37,314 nucleotides of DNA from Octopus bimaculoides (Eukaryota), in the NCBI RefSeq assembly GCF_001194135.2, contig NC_068989.1, forward strand, positions 26,870,219 to 26,907,532, in the 5' to 3' direction. Numbering within the stretch: position 1 is the stretch's first letter; the number at the start of each line of letters is the position of its first letter. Made by a program: the position numbers and the translations under genes. This document shows positions 36,054 through 37,314 of this stretch, one piece after another. Below the pieces are notes generated by a model. It was not told the origin of the DNA. It did not search any database and saw only the letters and a program-made list of their open reading frames with translations.

Positions 36054-36853
36054 CTAGTACAGAGAGATAAGCATGGTGACGCCGTAGTAGGATGGTGAGA
36101 CGGGGTGCTATGCTAAAAGAAGTAAAGCCGAGCTAGGAGGAAAAGAATGGTGGAGGTGATACTTGACGGGGTCCAGGGTTTATCAATGGGGAAACCAAAG
36201 GCTACATGTGAAATATAGTAGAATTGAACAATGAACAAAAAAACTGTGGAGAACTGCTAAAATGAAAAATTGAAAAATTGAAAATGAAGAATGAAACCAA
36301 AGAGAAAAATATTAAAAATTAGAATATGAAATCAAAATGAAAAGATGGCGGGAAGCTAAGGTATTAATATAAATATATTATATGAACAGAGAACTGAGGA
36401 GATTTTTGGAAATGGATAGTAGAATTGAATAATGAAGTGAAAATCCTGGAGAATGGACAAAATGAAAAGGACCTCCTCAATGTTCATATAATATATTCGT
36501 ATTAATACCACAGCTCCTCGTCATATTTTCATTTTCATTTCATTTTCTAATTTTTTACGATAGTTTTTTCTAATATTTTTATCTTTTCGTTTTCAATTTT
36601 TCAATTCTTCATTTTTTCAATTTTTCAATTCTTCATTTTTTCAGTTCTCCGCGGTTTTCCCGTCATTTCTCAATTCTACTATCTTTCACTATTAGCCTTT
36701 GGTTTTCCCCATCGATAAACCGTTAAACGCCGCAAGTGTCAACTTCCCCTTCTACTTGTTCATTCTTTTCTCTTAGCTCAGCTTTATTTCTTTTAGCATA
36801 GCAGCCCCCCTCACCATCCAACTACTGCGTCACGTTTTATTTCCCGGTACTAG
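36054..36853. mobile_element. ~800 bp foldback (palindromic) element: ~350-380 bp inverted arms and ~70 bp spacer
   Basis: Ends CTAGTAC (36054-60) / GTACTAG (36847-53). GCTATGCTAAAAGAA (36107-21) is the exact reverse complement of 36788-802, and AATATATTATATGAACA (36372-88) of 36481-97. Internal AAGAATTGAAAAA-type subrepeats; no ORF. Confidence 0.8.
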
Positions 36854-36993
36854 CATCATATAAAATATTACGGTTCATAATAAGCAATGACCCGGGAACG
36901 AAATTTACTTAAGGGTTGCAAAACCCAGGTCCAAAATATGCTTATAAACATGGTGTATTTACTCAATCTTAATATGAAAACAAGCACAGGTAC

Positions 36994-37025
<32 letters not shown>

Positions 37026-37068
37026 TAATAATAATAATAATAATAATGATGATGATGATGATGATGAT
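36994..37068. repeat. (AAT)n(GAT)n compound microsatellite
   Basis: Seen directly; gives the poly-Ile ORF. Confidence 0.95.
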
Positions 37069-37069
37069 A

Positions 37070-37314
37070 AGCATACCACATTCGTGGATTCTGAAATCGC
37101 TGGACATTTTCAAAATTTCTCCTGTGATTTCAGATTTTTTAAAGTATATGTCACTATGGAACACGACGCTGCAATTGTATCATTCTAATGGAGTATTGCA
37201 CTCAAACAATATTAGCATAAACTGTGGCATTTTCCAGGGTGACTCGCTCTCACCACTAATTTTCTGCATAGCACTGATACCACTCTCAAGTGAACTGAAT
37301 AGAACAGGGTATGG
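37070..37314 (+). mobile_element. 5'-truncated young R4/Dong-clade LINE, RT domain (runs off the window)
   Basis: Open frame from 37070: SIPHSWILKSLDIFKISPVISDFLKYMSLWNTTLQLYHSNGVLHSNNISINCGIFQGDSLSPLIFCIALIPLSSELNRTGY. It contains the RT motifs (D)SIPHSWI and GIFQGDSLSPL with no stops, and starts immediately after the microsatellite. Confidence 0.88.

Overview
AT-rich animal genomic DNA from a draft assembly, with four N gaps that each abut a TA/TG microsatellite or a poly-T run. The SINE families resemble those I recall from octopod cephalopods (Octopus sp.); this assignment is an inference. I find no intact host gene. Recognisable content is mostly transposon relics: three R4/Dong-clade LINE pieces (two young, one ancient), a CR1/L2-type 3' end, an RTE fragment, three clear and one tentative Penelope-like element (PLE), a hAT transposase pseudogene, a ~3 kb internally deleted Helitron with both termini, three tRNA-type SINEs, and three inverted-repeat (MITE/foldback) elements. 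The most notable signal is RNA-structural. An apparently intact minimal type-I hammerhead ribozyme lies at 30722-30818, downstream of a PLE endonuclease fragment. Decayed hammerhead-like relics follow two other PLEs, and a tRNA-headed SINE ends in a hammerhead-like module, suggesting a PLE-parasitic, ribozyme-bearing SINE. All protein-family calls come from motif recognition by eye, not database searches.
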